A stretch of DNA of 64,000 bases from Candidatus Eiseniibacteriota bacterium (lineage in GTDB: Bacteria; Eisenbacteria; RBG-16-71-46; CAZAMP01), in the NCBI GenBank assembly GCA_965224245.1, contig OZ245046.1:5216001-5280000 (forward strand). Reading direction: 5' to 3'. Positions 39,336 to 49,929 of the stretch are shown in pieces. Position 1 is the first letter of the stretch. The number at the start of each line of letters is the position of its first letter. Position numbers and translations under genes: made by a program. The notes below the pieces were generated by a model. The model made no database searches and had not been told where the DNA came from. It was given only the letters and a program-made list of their open reading frames with translations.

Positions 39336-41603
39336 TCACTGTCGGCGTCGCGTCGGGCGAGCCCGGGCGGCGCCGATCTCATGATGCGCCCGAGGCGCGC
39401 CGGCCACGGTGGGCACCTCACGGCGAACGGACACCCACGTTGCCTTGAACGCCGGGGTCCGCGAGACCGGATCCACGCGTCGCGAGACGAGAACGTTCGC
39501 TTCCGGGTAGTACATGATCACGTTGCCCTCCCGCACGTCGAAGACGCGGACGCGAACGTCGCGGAGACATCCGGTCTCGCTCTCGACGGTGACGACGTCG
39601 TCCTCCCCGAGCGACCGGGCCGCCATGTCGCCCGCGCTCATCAGGATCACGTCGCGCCGCTCCTGGCCCCGGTAGAGATCCTCCTCCTCGTACACGACGG
39701 TGTTGAACTGCCCTTCCGAACGGACCGTCATGAGCCGCAGGGAGAAGCGCTCCTCGCACGGACGCGTGGGCTCGGGGATGGCATGTGGATGCAGGCGGGC
39801 GCGCCCGCTCGGAGTACGGAAGCGAGGCGCGTGAAGGATGCGCCCGGGAATGTGGAACTCCCGCCCGTCGCGCCCGATGGACGCCATCTCGCCGAGATCG
39901 GGAATGACGCGGGCGATGAGCTGGCGAACCTCCTCTGCGTCGCCCAGCGCCTGCCAGTCCACGGGCGAGTCGGGATGGTGTGAACGCGTCGTGCGCGCCG
40001 CGAGATCCGCGACGACCTGAACCTCGCCTCGGGGTCCCTCGTGTCGCGGACGTCCTCCGCTGCTGAGCCGGACGAAGTTGAACATCGACTCCTGCGTGGT
40101 CGCGTACGGCTCCTCGTCGCGGGCCAGGACCGGGAGGATGATCGTGTCCTCGCCCGTGCCGTGGGCATGACCCGTGTTGAGCGTCGTGGACAGGTACACG
40201 AGCGTTCCCACGCGCCCGAGCGCGCGCGCGGCGAACGTCGAGTCGGGGTTCGAGCCGTAGAGGTTCCCGCCGAGCGCGATGCCCACGCGCATCTCGCCGG
40301 CAGCCGCGGACTCCATGCACGCCATCGTGTCGCGGCCGGGCGTGGACGGGGGCGTCACCCCCGCACCGGCCAGACGATCCATGACGGCCTTGGCCAGCGC
40401 CGGCTTCGCACCCACCGTCCCGATCCCCTGCACGTTGCTGTGGCCGCGAATGGGCAGGAGCCCGGCATACGGTCGCCCCACCATCCCGCGGAGAAGGGCC
40501 AGGTTCGCGATCCACTGCACGTTCTCCACACCGTGTGCGTGATGCGTGATTCCCATGGTCCAGGCGAAGATCACACGCTCCGCCCGGAGGTAGCGATCGG
40601 CGATGGCATCGATGGCCTCACGAGAGACGCCCGAGCGCTCGAGGATGTCGTCCCACGACGCGGCCTCGATGTGGGCCCGGAACGCCTCCCATCCCTCGGT
40701 GGCGCGGTCGACGAAGTCGCGGTCTACCTCACCCCGCGCCAGAAGGGTCTTCGCGACGCCGGTCATCCACGCGATGTCGCCGCCGATGTGCGGCTGCACG
40801 TAGAGGCCGGCGATCTCGGTTCCGGTGAGCAGGCTTCGGAGATCCGACGGCACCCGGAAGCGGAGAAGCCCGAGCTCCTTCGCCGGGTTCACGACGACGA
40901 CCTCCCCGCCGCGCCGGCGAAGCCGTACGAGCTGCGACATCAGGCGCGGGTGGTTCGAGGCCGGATTGCCACCGATGAGCACGAAGAGGTCCGCCTTTTC
41001 GACGTCGGACAGCTCCACCGTGGCGGTGCCGGTCCCGATCGACTGCTGGAGGCCGGCGCCCGACGCCTGGTGACAGTAGTACGAGCAGTTGTTGACGTTG
41101 TTGGTGCCGATCGCCCGCGCGAAGAGCTGCAGGAGGAACGCGGCCTCGTTCGACGAGCGACCGCTGAAGTAGAAGAAGATCTCGTCGGGCGGCGCCTCGC
41201 GCAGGGTGCTCGCGACGTCGTAGAGCACCGAGTCCCAGGTGGCCGGCTCGTAGTGAGTGGCCCCGGGGCGCGCGCGAAGCGGGGTCACGAGCCGGCCCGC
41301 GTGCTCGAGCTGTCGCGGCGTCATGTGCCGGAGGTCGGCGATCGACGTGGTACGGAAGAACGCGTCGGGGATCGCGTCCTGCATGTCGGCGGCCATCGCC
41401 TGGAGCGACTTCTTGCACACCTCGGGGAAATGGCCCGACTCGTTGACCATGCCGCCGCGCTGTCCCCCCATGCCGAGCGCGCAGGTCTTGCACGTGTTCC
41501 TCGATCGCATCGCGCGCCAGAGGCGGATCCATCCGACCCGTCTCGCCATCGACGCGGTGTAGGCGATCGCGGGCCATCCGCCGCCCGCGGTGAGCTTCGG
41601 CAC
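39336..41603 (-). CDS. FdhF/YdeP-family molybdopterin oxidoreductase (Cys ligand)
   Basis: AGGGW, CKTCALGM, SGRSSNE, NNCSYYCHQAS, RGHSNVQG, RSEGQFNT. Confidence 0.92.
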   Translation of the reverse strand: MPKLTAGGGWPAIAYTASMARRVGWIRLWRAMRSRNTCKTCALGMGGQRGGMVNESGHFPEVCKKSLQAMAADMQDAIPDAFFRTTSIADLRHMTPRQLEHAGRLVTPLRARPGATHYEPATWDSVLYDVASTLREAPPDEIFFYFSGRSSNEAAFLLQLFARAIGTNNVNNCSYYCHQASGAGLQQSIGTGTATVELSDVEKADLFVLIGGNPASNHPRLMSQLVRLRRRGGEVVVVNPAKELGLLRFRVPSDLRSLLTGTEIAGLYVQPHIGGDIAWMTGVAKTLLARGEVDRDFVDRATEGWEAFRAHIEAASWDDILERSGVSREAIDAIADRYLRAERVIFAWTMGITHHAHGVENVQWIANLALLRGMVGRPYAGLLPIRGHSNVQGIGTVGAKPALAKAVMDRLAGAGVTPPSTPGRDTMACMESAAAGEMRVGIALGGNLYGSNPDSTFAARALGRVGTLVYLSTTLNTGHAHGTGEDTIILPVLARDEEPYATTQESMFNFVRLSSGGRPRHEGPRGEVQVVADLAARTTRSHHPDSPVDWQALGDAEEVRQLIARVIPDLGEMASIGRDGREFHIPGRILHAPRFRTPSGRARLHPHAIPEPTRPCEERFSLRLMTVRSEGQFNTVVYEEEDLYRGQERRDVILMSAGDMAARSLGEDDVVTVESETGCLRDVRVRVFDVREGNVIMYYPEANVLVSRRVDPVSRTPAFKATWVSVRREVPTVAGAPRAHHEIGAARARPTRRRQ

Positions 41604-41692
41604 GTGGGCTCCTTTCTCGCGCCGGCTCCACGACGCGGGCGACGCCGCGGCGACGGGGTCGATGTCGACGGCGCCGTGCGGGCCGCCGGACC

Positions 41693-43621
41693 TCAGTACC
41701 CGAGCCGCTCCAGCGCGCCCCGCGTCCCATCCAGAAGCGGCTTGACCGAGATCTTCCGGCCCACCGCCTTTTTCATCCATTCGTCGGGATAGATCGACCC
41801 GATGCCGCAGATTCGCTCCATCTCGTCGGCCAGCGGCCGATCACGGAGATGCTTCCGGATCTGATACGCGATGACGTAGCCCATCGGATAGTCGGCCAGG
41901 TAGAAGTCACAGAACAGCACGTGGCTGTAGACCGACATGAACCCGTAACCCTCGGGCCCGAAGATCGGCGCGTAGAACTCCTCCCACACCTCGTCGCCGA
42001 TGCGGCGGATCGCCTTCTGAATCGCCGTCGCGGTGGCGGTGGGGTGCGCGTACAGCCAGTGGAAGAACCGGATCTCCGTGAGCGCGGGGCCCGCGATCTC
42101 GAACGGTTCCCAGAACCGAACCAGCTCGGTGGCGTCGTGGACGCCGTCGCCGTCGGGGTTGTCGCGGCCGAGTACGTCGTCGGCGCGATCCTCCAGCGTG
42201 AACGCGAATCCCTCCGTCACGGCCGTGTTCGGAACGCTCCAGAGCATCTTGTAGTCCATCTCGTAGCTGGAGAGGACGCCCTCGACACAGTGACCCAGCT
42301 CGTGCATGAACGTATCGAAGTCCCGCTCGTTGCAGCCGTCGGGATCCACGCGCACCCGGAGAAGCTGCACGTCCTCGTCCAGGCTCGGCGGCCAGGCATG
42401 GCCCGCGCTGCGCGAGTTGTCCACGCGAATGCGCGACCCGATCCACTCGGCACGCTCGCGGGTCCATCCGAGATGGGTGAGGACGTCGGGGATCGCGGAC
42501 TGGAGCGCGGCGACCGACGGATACCGCGCCTTGATGTCGTAGGCCAGAGGCGGCTTGCTCGCGCCGGCGGTGAAGCCCGTGTAATAGACGTCGAACGGCT
42601 CCAGCGGCCGGCCCAGCCGATCGCTCACGTACCGTGAAACGCGGCGCGCCAGCGGGGAGGAGAGCACGTCGGTGAGGATGCCCACGACCACGGACTCCTC
42701 GATCTCCCGATCCTCGAGGAACTTCTCGTCGATCAGGTTTCCGTGGATGCGGTACGCGTCGAGCTTCCGCTGGAGCTTCCACATGCGGCGGAACTTCTCC
42801 CACCGGAGAGGTCCGTGCCCCCTGGCTCGCCGGGTACCCGCGCCGTTCGCGATCGTGCCCTCGCCCACGCTCCAGCGGACCGACGGATCGTCGAGCACCT
42901 CGGCCGGAACGGCGCCGTCCACGACGCGTCGCATCAGGTCGGCGATCGCGCGCTGCTTGCGGAGCGCGTGGGGCGTCCCGTTCAGCGACGTCATGTAGTC
43001 GCGCAGCCCCCAGTGCGAGATCAGGCGTGTGCCCTTCGGGAAGCGCACCTTCGGATCTCCGAAGTCGATCCTGTCGAGGTGCAGGTTGTACGACGACACG
43101 AAGCGATCCACGTCGGCGGCAACCCGGGACATCTCCGCGGTCAGCTTGGCCGGAACCGTGACACGGCCGAGCTTCGCCAGGCGTCGCGCGGCCCACGCCT
43201 CGCGCGTGCGGGGTGGCCGCGTCTCGTCGCTACCGAAGTTCAGCTGGGCCAGGGCGGAGATCCGCGCGTTCCGGTAGTCCTCGGACAGGTGAGCGCCCGG
43301 CGCGAACGCACCGAGCACGCTCTCGGCCGGGAGGTCGGGACGATCGGCGATGTCGATGCCGGCGCGGACGGTCTTGACGGCCATGCCCGCGCTGCCGGTC
43401 ACGCTGTGGTGGAACTCGTCCAGCCGTCGGAGGAGAAGGCGGCGGGCCTTTCCCGGTGGTGCGTACTGCTCCCCGCAGAACGCGGCGAACGCGTCTTCAC
43501 CCCACTCGTCGAAGCTCCAGACCCGGGCGCACGCCACGACGCCGCGGCGGATGTCGGCCTCGTGTTTCTTTCCGTATCGTTTGATCAGCGCGTTGACGAC
43601 GGCGCGTCGCGTTCTGGACAT
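41693..43621 (-). CDS. Uncharacterised gluzincin-like metallopeptidase
   Basis: AGHAW, FMHELGHCVE (HExxH), downstream VPNTAVTEGFAF. Real start MSRTRR at 43621. Confidence 0.72.
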   Translation of the reverse strand: MSRTRRAVVNALIKRYGKKHEADIRRGVVACARVWSFDEWGEDAFAAFCGEQYAPPGKARRLLLRRLDEFHHSVTGSAGMAVKTVRAGIDIADRPDLPAESVLGAFAPGAHLSEDYRNARISALAQLNFGSDETRPPRTREAWAARRLAKLGRVTVPAKLTAEMSRVAADVDRFVSSYNLHLDRIDFGDPKVRFPKGTRLISHWGLRDYMTSLNGTPHALRKQRAIADLMRRVVDGAVPAEVLDDPSVRWSVGEGTIANGAGTRRARGHGPLRWEKFRRMWKLQRKLDAYRIHGNLIDEKFLEDREIEESVVVGILTDVLSSPLARRVSRYVSDRLGRPLEPFDVYYTGFTAGASKPPLAYDIKARYPSVAALQSAIPDVLTHLGWTRERAEWIGSRIRVDNSRSAGHAWPPSLDEDVQLLRVRVDPDGCNERDFDTFMHELGHCVEGVLSSYEMDYKMLWSVPNTAVTEGFAFTLEDRADDVLGRDNPDGDGVHDATELVRFWEPFEIAGPALTEIRFFHWLYAHPTATATAIQKAIRRIGDEVWEEFYAPIFGPEGYGFMSVYSHVLFCDFYLADYPMGYVIAYQIRKHLRDRPLADEMERICGIGSIYPDEWMKKAVGRKISVKPLLDGTRGALERLGY

Positions 43622-43821
43622 GGCTGGCACTCCGACGGTTGAGCTCGAGGCCGAGCCCGCGGGCCGGCCGATCGGCGGTTCGAGAAGCGTGCCATTCTCG
43701 CTCGTCGGGAGCGGATTGCCAAGGGCCGGGGGGCGGCGTCCTCGGCCCGCACCGGCGGTCGATGGAAGCTCCGGTGGTCTCCGACGTGAGCGCCGGTCGG
43801 CCGCGACCGGGGATCCCGACG

Positions 43822-45723
43822 TCAGCGCACCGAGCCGACCGGCCGTCCGTCCTCGGCCTGGATCGCGATGACCGTCGGGCGGGCGGGTCCCTCGGGATCC
43901 GGCCAGTGCAGCGTCGGCGCGTCGACCGTGCCACCGCCCGGATGCTGGATCGCGACGAAGAGCGTCGTGTCGTCCGGGGTGAACTCGGGCCCGCAGACCT
44001 CGGCTCCGGGCACGGCGCTGAAGAACTGCCGCACCAACCCACGCTCGGGACCGTCCACGGGCACCGCGAAGAGCCCGTCGTTCACGTCGAGAACCCAGGG
44101 CTGTCCGTCGGTCGCGATCCAGAGGTTGCCCGATCGGTCGAACGTGAGGTTGTCGGGCGATGAGATCGGACTCACGGCCTCCCTGGGATGGCCCGCGAAG
44201 TAGGTGTCCTCGCGTGCGGGGTCGCCGCAGAGCATGAAGATCTCCCAGCGAAACGTGTTCGCGGCGTGATCCCCGTCCGGGTGCACGAGCTCCAGGATGT
44301 GTCCCGAGCGGTTGTTCGCACGCGGGTTGCACGCGTCGACGCGCGGGTGGTCGTCGACGCCCCGCCGTTCGTTGCTCGTGAGCACGACGTAGGTGGCGCC
44401 CGTCGTCGGGCTCGTCTCGATGTCCTCGGGGCGGTCCATCCTCGTGGCGCCGAGGAGGTCGGCCGCACGCCGCGCCTGGATGAGGACGTCGCCCTGGGAG
44501 TCGAAGCCGTTGGACTCGGTCAAGGGTCCCTCTCCGAAGACGAGCGGAACCCACTCCCCGCTGCCGTCCTCGTGGAAGCGCGCGACCGAGAGCGTGCCGT
44601 GGTCCAGGAGATCGGCGTTCGCCCGGTCGTCGCCGGGCACGTAGGAGGCCTCGCTGACGAACCGGTAAACGTACTCGAACTTCGCGTCGTCCCCCGTATG
44701 GACGACCGCACGGCCCGACGGCGCGATCACGACGGTGGCCGCCTCGTGGGAGAAGCGCCCGAGCGCCGTCCGCTTCTTCGGCATCGACGTGGGATCGTAG
44801 GGATCCACCTCGACGATCCACCCGAACCGGAAGGGCTCGTTGGGCTCCTTCACGACGTCGAAGCGCGGGTCCCGGATCTCCCACCGATGGTCGCTCCGCC
44901 GCGATCGGATCCCGTACCGGGCGTGGAGCTCGCGCGTCTCGGCGTCCTCGAGGGCCGCGCGGTTGCCGAAGAACTCCTGGACGTTCTCCTCGGCCGTCAG
45001 CACGGTACCCCACGGCGTCTTGCCGCCGGCACAGTTGTACAGTGTGCCCGCGACACGCCTGCCGGTCGGATCGGTGCTCGTGCGGAGGCGCCGGTGGCCC
45101 GACGCCGGTCCGGCGATCGCGATCGGGGTCTCGGCCGTCAGCCGGCGGTTGAGCCGAGAACCCGTCTGCACGCGCCAGCGCCGATCCGAGCCGCGTCGGA
45201 CCTCGACGACGGATGCCCCGTGAGCGGCCTTGAGGATCGCGACGTGGCCGGCGCTCGGATGATCGGAGTTGTACCGGTACAGCATGCGCTCGGGATTCGT
45301 GAACTCGTGGTTCACGAACAGAAGCCCGTGATCGGACGCGCGAGATCCCCGTGGAAGCGGCACGAACGCGACGTAGTCGCAGTTGTACCCGAACTGACGC
45401 TGCTGGAGCTCGGCGCTCTGGTGTGCGAGCTCGAGCGGGGGCGTGTCCGCGTGAAGCGGATCGCCCCAGCGTAGCAGGGGTGTGATCCGATACCCGTCGG
45501 GCACGCGGGGCATCGGACCGCCGTCCGGGGCGATCGACCGAAAGCCGACTCGCCCGCGTCCCCGAGCGCGGCGATCGGGCGGGCCGGCCCAGCCGATGCC
45601 GCTCAGCACGAGCGTGGACCCGGCGACGAGGCTCCGGAGAGCATCGCGCCGCGTGAGTCTGGCCGAGACGATGTCCCGGAAGACGCGCCCCGACGCTCGC
45701 GTGGAAGACGACTCGTGCGTCAT
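43822..45723 (-). CDS. phoX: PhoX/DUF839 alkaline phosphatase with Tat signal
   Basis: TRRDAL, FGYNCDY, VNHE, NCAGGKTPWGT..AEEN, GRFSHE, MDRPED, SPDN, IQHPG. Confidence 0.93.
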   Translation of the reverse strand: MTHESSSTRASGRVFRDIVSARLTRRDALRSLVAGSTLVLSGIGWAGPPDRRARGRGRVGFRSIAPDGGPMPRVPDGYRITPLLRWGDPLHADTPPLELAHQSAELQQRQFGYNCDYVAFVPLPRGSRASDHGLLFVNHEFTNPERMLYRYNSDHPSAGHVAILKAAHGASVVEVRRGSDRRWRVQTGSRLNRRLTAETPIAIAGPASGHRRLRTSTDPTGRRVAGTLYNCAGGKTPWGTVLTAEENVQEFFGNRAALEDAETRELHARYGIRSRRSDHRWEIRDPRFDVVKEPNEPFRFGWIVEVDPYDPTSMPKKRTALGRFSHEAATVVIAPSGRAVVHTGDDAKFEYVYRFVSEASYVPGDDRANADLLDHGTLSVARFHEDGSGEWVPLVFGEGPLTESNGFDSQGDVLIQARRAADLLGATRMDRPEDIETSPTTGATYVVLTSNERRGVDDHPRVDACNPRANNRSGHILELVHPDGDHAANTFRWEIFMLCGDPAREDTYFAGHPREAVSPISSPDNLTFDRSGNLWIATDGQPWVLDVNDGLFAVPVDGPERGLVRQFFSAVPGAEVCGPEFTPDDTTLFVAIQHPGGGTVDAPTLHWPDPEGPARPTVIAIQAEDGRPVGSVR

Positions 45724-45888
45724 GTACAGATGATCCTCGGGAGTGCGGGACGGCGCGGGACCCGCGCGGACGCGCGATCGTGGAACCCACGGTATCAGTC
45801 CGTTCGACGAGGTTGATACCCTGTTTTCCCGTGAACTCGATGAGAGCCGTCCGGTCTGCCGTCCCGGGCGGACCCTTCCGGAGGAGCG

Positions 45889-46465
45889 ATGCTCACGGTC
45901 CGCGACGCCACCGTTGCCGACGCCCGCCGGATCGCCGAGATCCACGTGTCCGCGTGGCGCGCGGCGTATTCGCGGGCTCCTGCCCGGGGCGCTCCTGGAT
46001 GGGCTCACCGTGTCGGCTCGCGAGTCCTTCTGGAGCGAGGTTCTCAGCAAGCGGTCGAGAAACGTCCTCGTCACCGAGCTCGATGCCGGCGGCGCAAGCG
46101 CCGGCGGCGCGCGCGCCGACGGCGCGGACGCGGGCTCGGTCCCGGGGGTGCCGGCGTTGACGGGCTGGATCACGTTCGGGCGAAGCCGGGACGACGACGC
46201 CTCGCCCGGAACCGCCGAGCTGTACGGGCTCTACGTCGACCCGGATCGATGGCGCAGCGGGACCGGAATCGCGCTCTGGCGCGCCATGCTGGACCGAGTC
46301 GGCCGAGAGGGGTGGGACGTCGTCACGCTCTGGGTCTTCCGCGAGAACGTCCGCGCACGTGCGTTCTACGAGGCGGTCGGGTTCCGGGTGGAGCCGGACG
46401 TCACGAAGTCCGTGGAGCGCGGGGGCGCGCGTCCGATGGAGATCCGTTACCGTCGCTTACTCTGA
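45889..46465 (+). pseudogene. GNAT acetyltransferase with +1 frameshift (or sequencing error)
   Basis: MLTVRDAT..IAEIHVSAWRAAY continues in another frame as RGLLP..ELYGLYVDP..LWVFRENVRARAFYE. There is an extra T at about 45970 (tatTcgc). Confidence 0.85.
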
Positions 46466-46535
46466 TCGATCGGCGTTCGCATCGCACCGGCGCACGCGGC
46501 CGCACGTTGCCGCCACGTCGGCTGAGCCCCGACGT

Positions 46536-46565
46536 TTGACAGGATTCGACCACCGTCAGTACAGT
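46536..46565 (+). promoter_or_regulatory. Sigma70-type promoter upstream of the M36 protease
   Basis: TTGACA-18 nt-TACAGT in a very GC-rich background. Confidence 0.55.
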
Positions 46566-46676
46566 GATTCGGCATGTCGGACCCGCACCGCTACCCGTGG
46601 ATCGCCGCGGGCCGCGGCGGCGCGTCCGTCGAGCTCGACCCGACATCCCCCAGGAACCCATCTCGAGGAGCGTGCG

Positions 46677-48644
46677 ATGGCGTCAGCGCGAAACGTGTGG
46701 ATTCTGCTCGGCGCGGCGATGACTCTCTACGGGATCGCCGAGGCCAAAGTGTCACCCCAGCATCCGTCGGGCGTCGTGATCGTCGCGCCCGACGAGATCG
46801 AGGACTCCATCGTCCTCGGATCCGAGCGGATCAGTCTCGAGACCGGGGTGCCGCTCGCGCTCTACGACCCGCGCACACCGGTGCCTCACGGAGCGCCCGA
46901 GGAGATGGCGCGCACCTTCCTCGGGGATCGCGCCGAGCGGTTCGGTCTGGCGGATGCGGCCCTCGGAGATCTCGAACACCATCACACGCGTGAGAGCGAC
47001 GTCGGCTACACCGTGCGCTTTCGGCAGCGACACCGCGGACTGCCGGTCCACGACTCGGGGATCGCGGTGACGATCAACCGCGACGACACGGTGGTCTACG
47101 TCGTCAACGGCTACAAGCCGGCGCTCGACCTGGTCACGACGACGCCGGCGATCGCGGCGGACGTGGCCCGCTCGATCGCGCTCGAGCACCTCGGCGTGCG
47201 AGGCCCGATCGGGTTCGAGGCGGTCGATCTGGTGATCTACCACGTCGAGGGACGGTCGCACCTGGCCCATCGAGTCGTCGTCGTCCCCGGCGAGTCCCCC
47301 ATCGGGGAATGGCAGGTCATGATCGACGCGTTCACCGGGGAGATTCTGAAGGCGGTCGACGTGTCCCACTACGTCGACGGGACCGGAAACCTGTTCGACC
47401 CCGACCCGCTCTCGTCCGCCGGCGCGACCTACGGCGATCCCGGATACACCGATGCCGGCGACGCCGACTCTCCGGAGCTGGTCGCCGAGATCGTCTCGTA
47501 CACGCTGCCCGACATCACGTACAACGGCCTCGTGTACAGCCTCGTCGGCCCGTGGGCCGAGATCCGCGACACCGAGGCCCCGTTCGAGGGGCTGTACAAC
47601 CAGCCGACCTCCGACTGGAACTTCACGCGATCGCCGCAGGAGTTCGAGGCCGCGCTCTGCTACTGGCACATCGACAACTACATGCGATACATCAACCTGA
47701 CGCTCGGTGTCCCCGTGACGCCGTTCCAGTACACCGGGGGTGCACGCTTCGATCCGCACGCGCTGAACGGCGCGGACAACTCCCACTACACCGGTGCAAC
47801 CGGCGTCGTCGCGTTCGGCGACGGAGGCGTCGACGACTCCGAGGACGCGGACGTCGTGCTCCACGAGCTCGGCCACGCGATCCACGACTGGCTCACCGTC
47901 GGAGGCCTCTCGCAGGTGAACGGTCTGAGCGAGGGGTTCGGCGACTACGTCGCCGCCTCCTACAGCCGGAGCCTCGGCCAATGGGATCCGTCGGATCCGC
48001 AGCATCAGTGGGTCTTCAGCTGGGACGGGCACAACCAGTTCTGGGGCGGACGCCGCACCGACTACGGCGCGACGTACCCCGACGGTCTCGTCGGTCAGAT
48101 CCACACCGACGGGCAGATCTTCTCAACGTGCATGATGCGCATCTGGGACCGGATCGGTCGCGAGCAGACCGACAAGGCCACCTTCGAGGGGCTGGCGATG
48201 ACGGGCAGCTCGACCAGCCAGCAGGGGGCGGCCCAGGCGATCATGCAGGCGGCGATCAACCTCGACTACTCCGAGGTGGATCTGAACGCGATGTACGAGG
48301 AGTTCACCACGACCGGCTACGTGGTCGACCCGCCGGTGGCGGTCGCCGAGACCGGACTCGCGCTCGATGCGACGCGGATGCTGACGAGCCACCCGAACCC
48401 GTTCAACCCCAGGACGACGATCGAGTACGCCGTTCCGGCCGCCGGCGCGGTGACCCTCGCGATCTACGACCCGGCCGGTCGGCTCGTGCACGAGCTGGTG
48501 AGATCCACGCTCGAGGCCGGCCGCCACACCGTCACGTGGGACGGTCGAGCCGCGTCGGGGGCGGAGGTGGCGTCGGGTGTCTACACGCTTCGGCTGACGG
48601 CCGGCGGGCTCACCGAGTCGCGGAGGCTCGTGCTCCTCAAATGA
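46677..48644 (+). CDS. Secreted M36/M4-like metalloprotease with propeptide and FlgD-Ig/T9SS-like C-terminus
   Basis: Signal peptide, FTP-like VRFRQRHRGLPV, DNSHY, VVLHELGH, SEGFGD, C-terminal HPNPFNPRTTIEY..SGVY. Confidence 0.9.
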   Translation: MASARNVWILLGAAMTLYGIAEAKVSPQHPSGVVIVAPDEIEDSIVLGSERISLETGVPLALYDPRTPVPHGAPEEMARTFLGDRAERFGLADAALGDLEHHHTRESDVGYTVRFRQRHRGLPVHDSGIAVTINRDDTVVYVVNGYKPALDLVTTTPAIAADVARSIALEHLGVRGPIGFEAVDLVIYHVEGRSHLAHRVVVVPGESPIGEWQVMIDAFTGEILKAVDVSHYVDGTGNLFDPDPLSSAGATYGDPGYTDAGDADSPELVAEIVSYTLPDITYNGLVYSLVGPWAEIRDTEAPFEGLYNQPTSDWNFTRSPQEFEAALCYWHIDNYMRYINLTLGVPVTPFQYTGGARFDPHALNGADNSHYTGATGVVAFGDGGVDDSEDADVVLHELGHAIHDWLTVGGLSQVNGLSEGFGDYVAASYSRSLGQWDPSDPQHQWVFSWDGHNQFWGGRRTDYGATYPDGLVGQIHTDGQIFSTCMMRIWDRIGREQTDKATFEGLAMTGSSTSQQGAAQAIMQAAINLDYSEVDLNAMYEEFTTTGYVVDPPVAVAETGLALDATRMLTSHPNPFNPRTTIEYAVPAAGAVTLAIYDPAGRLVHELVRSTLEAGRHTVTWDGRAASGAEVASGVYTLRLTAGGLTESRRLVLLK

Positions 48645-48813
48645 CGGCGGCGCCCGGCGTCGAGGCACTCGGCGCCGGGCTCGCGTCCTCCGCATCCGGG
48701 ACATCTCGGCATCGGGGACAATTGCGTTCGGGCGGCCCCGGGGCGATGGAGAAGCGATGCCGGCCGGTCGAAGAATCCCCGAACGGAGCCACGACCCGAG
48801 CGCCGGAGCCGAG

Positions 48814-49929
48814 ATGTCCTCTCGTCGCGTTTCGTTGACCAGTCTGAGGCGGTTCGTCGAGGAGGTCTTCGTGGCACTCGGCGCGTCCCGGGTCGAGTCG
48901 GAGACCGTCGCCGACGTCCTCGTGGCGGCCGACCGGCTCGGCATCGATTCACACGGGGTGAGTCGCCTCGGGTACTACGTTGAGCGCATTCGCGCGGGGA
49001 TCACCCGGCCCGGCGCCCCGGCCACCGTGGTGCGGGAGTCCCCGACGACGGTCGTGGTGGACGGCGGTCATGGTCTCGGTCACGTGGTCGCGCGCGACGC
49101 GATGCGCCGCGCGATCGAGAAGGCGCGGCGGGTCGGCCTCGGCGCCGCGGCGGTGCGCAACTCGACGCACTACGGCATCGCCGGCTACTACGCCCTGCTC
49201 GCGTCGGACGCGGGCATGATCGGGATCGCGACGACCAACGCACGCCCGTGCCTCGCGCCGACGAATGGCACCGAGCCCCTCTATGGAACCAACCCGCTCG
49301 CGATCGCGGCTCCCAGCGACGAGCCGCACCCGTTCCTCTTCGACGCTGCGTTGTCGATCATCCAGCGCGGGCGTGTGGAGCTCCATCGCCGCGACGGCGC
49401 GCCCCTCCCCGAAGGCTGGGCCATCGACGCCGCCGGAGAGCCGGCCGTGGATCCGGCGACGTTGCTTCAGGCGTTCATGACAGGGGATGCGGCGCTGCTT
49501 CCGCTGGGGGGATCGGGGACCTCGCACGGCGGCCACAAGGGATACGGGCTGGCGATCGGCCTCGAGATCCTGAACGCGGCGCTATCCGGCGGCGCGTTCC
49601 TCGACGGCCTCGGCGGCAACGACCGCGAGCGTGTCGCGGGCGGAGCGACCGAGCGCCGCACGTACGACACCGGCCACTTCTTTCTCGCCCTGGACGCGAA
49701 TGCCTTCATGGGGATCGACGCGTGCCGCCATCGCGTCGGGACGATCACGCGCCGGCTGCGTGCGTCGCGCCGCCGCCGGGCCGATGGACCCGTCCTCGTC
49801 GCGGGGGATCCCGAGTGGGCGGCGGCCGCGCGGCGGGAGCGCGACGGCGTGCCGATCCCCGACCCACTGGCCGAGGAGCTCGAGCATCTCGCGGATGCGC
49901 TCGGGGTTTCGCATCTCGATTCCCTGTGA
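48814..49929 (+). CDS. Ldh_2-family (malate/lactate/ureidoglycolate) oxidoreductase
   Basis: GIDSHG, NSTHYG, GTNPLA, LLPLGG, GHKGYGL. Confidence 0.9.
   Translation: MSSRRVSLTSLRRFVEEVFVALGASRVESETVADVLVAADRLGIDSHGVSRLGYYVERIRAGITRPGAPATVVRESPTTVVVDGGHGLGHVVARDAMRRAIEKARRVGLGAAAVRNSTHYGIAGYYALLASDAGMIGIATTNARPCLAPTNGTEPLYGTNPLAIAAPSDEPHPFLFDAALSIIQRGRVELHRRDGAPLPEGWAIDAAGEPAVDPATLLQAFMTGDAALLPLGGSGTSHGGHKGYGLAIGLEILNAALSGGAFLDGLGGNDRERVAGGATERRTYDTGHFFLALDANAFMGIDACRHRVGTITRRLRASRRRRADGPVLVAGDPEWAAAARRERDGVPIPDPLAEELEHLADALGVSHLDSL

Noticed and set aside
39336-41603. Selenocysteine formate dehydrogenase
   Set aside because: The frame is uninterrupted and the ligand motif is CSYYCH (Cys, YdeP type).
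41693-45790. 1365-aa ORF or a PhoX-peptidase fusion
   Set aside because: The N-terminal half is an Arg/Pro-rich off-frame read of phoX. The real start is 43621.
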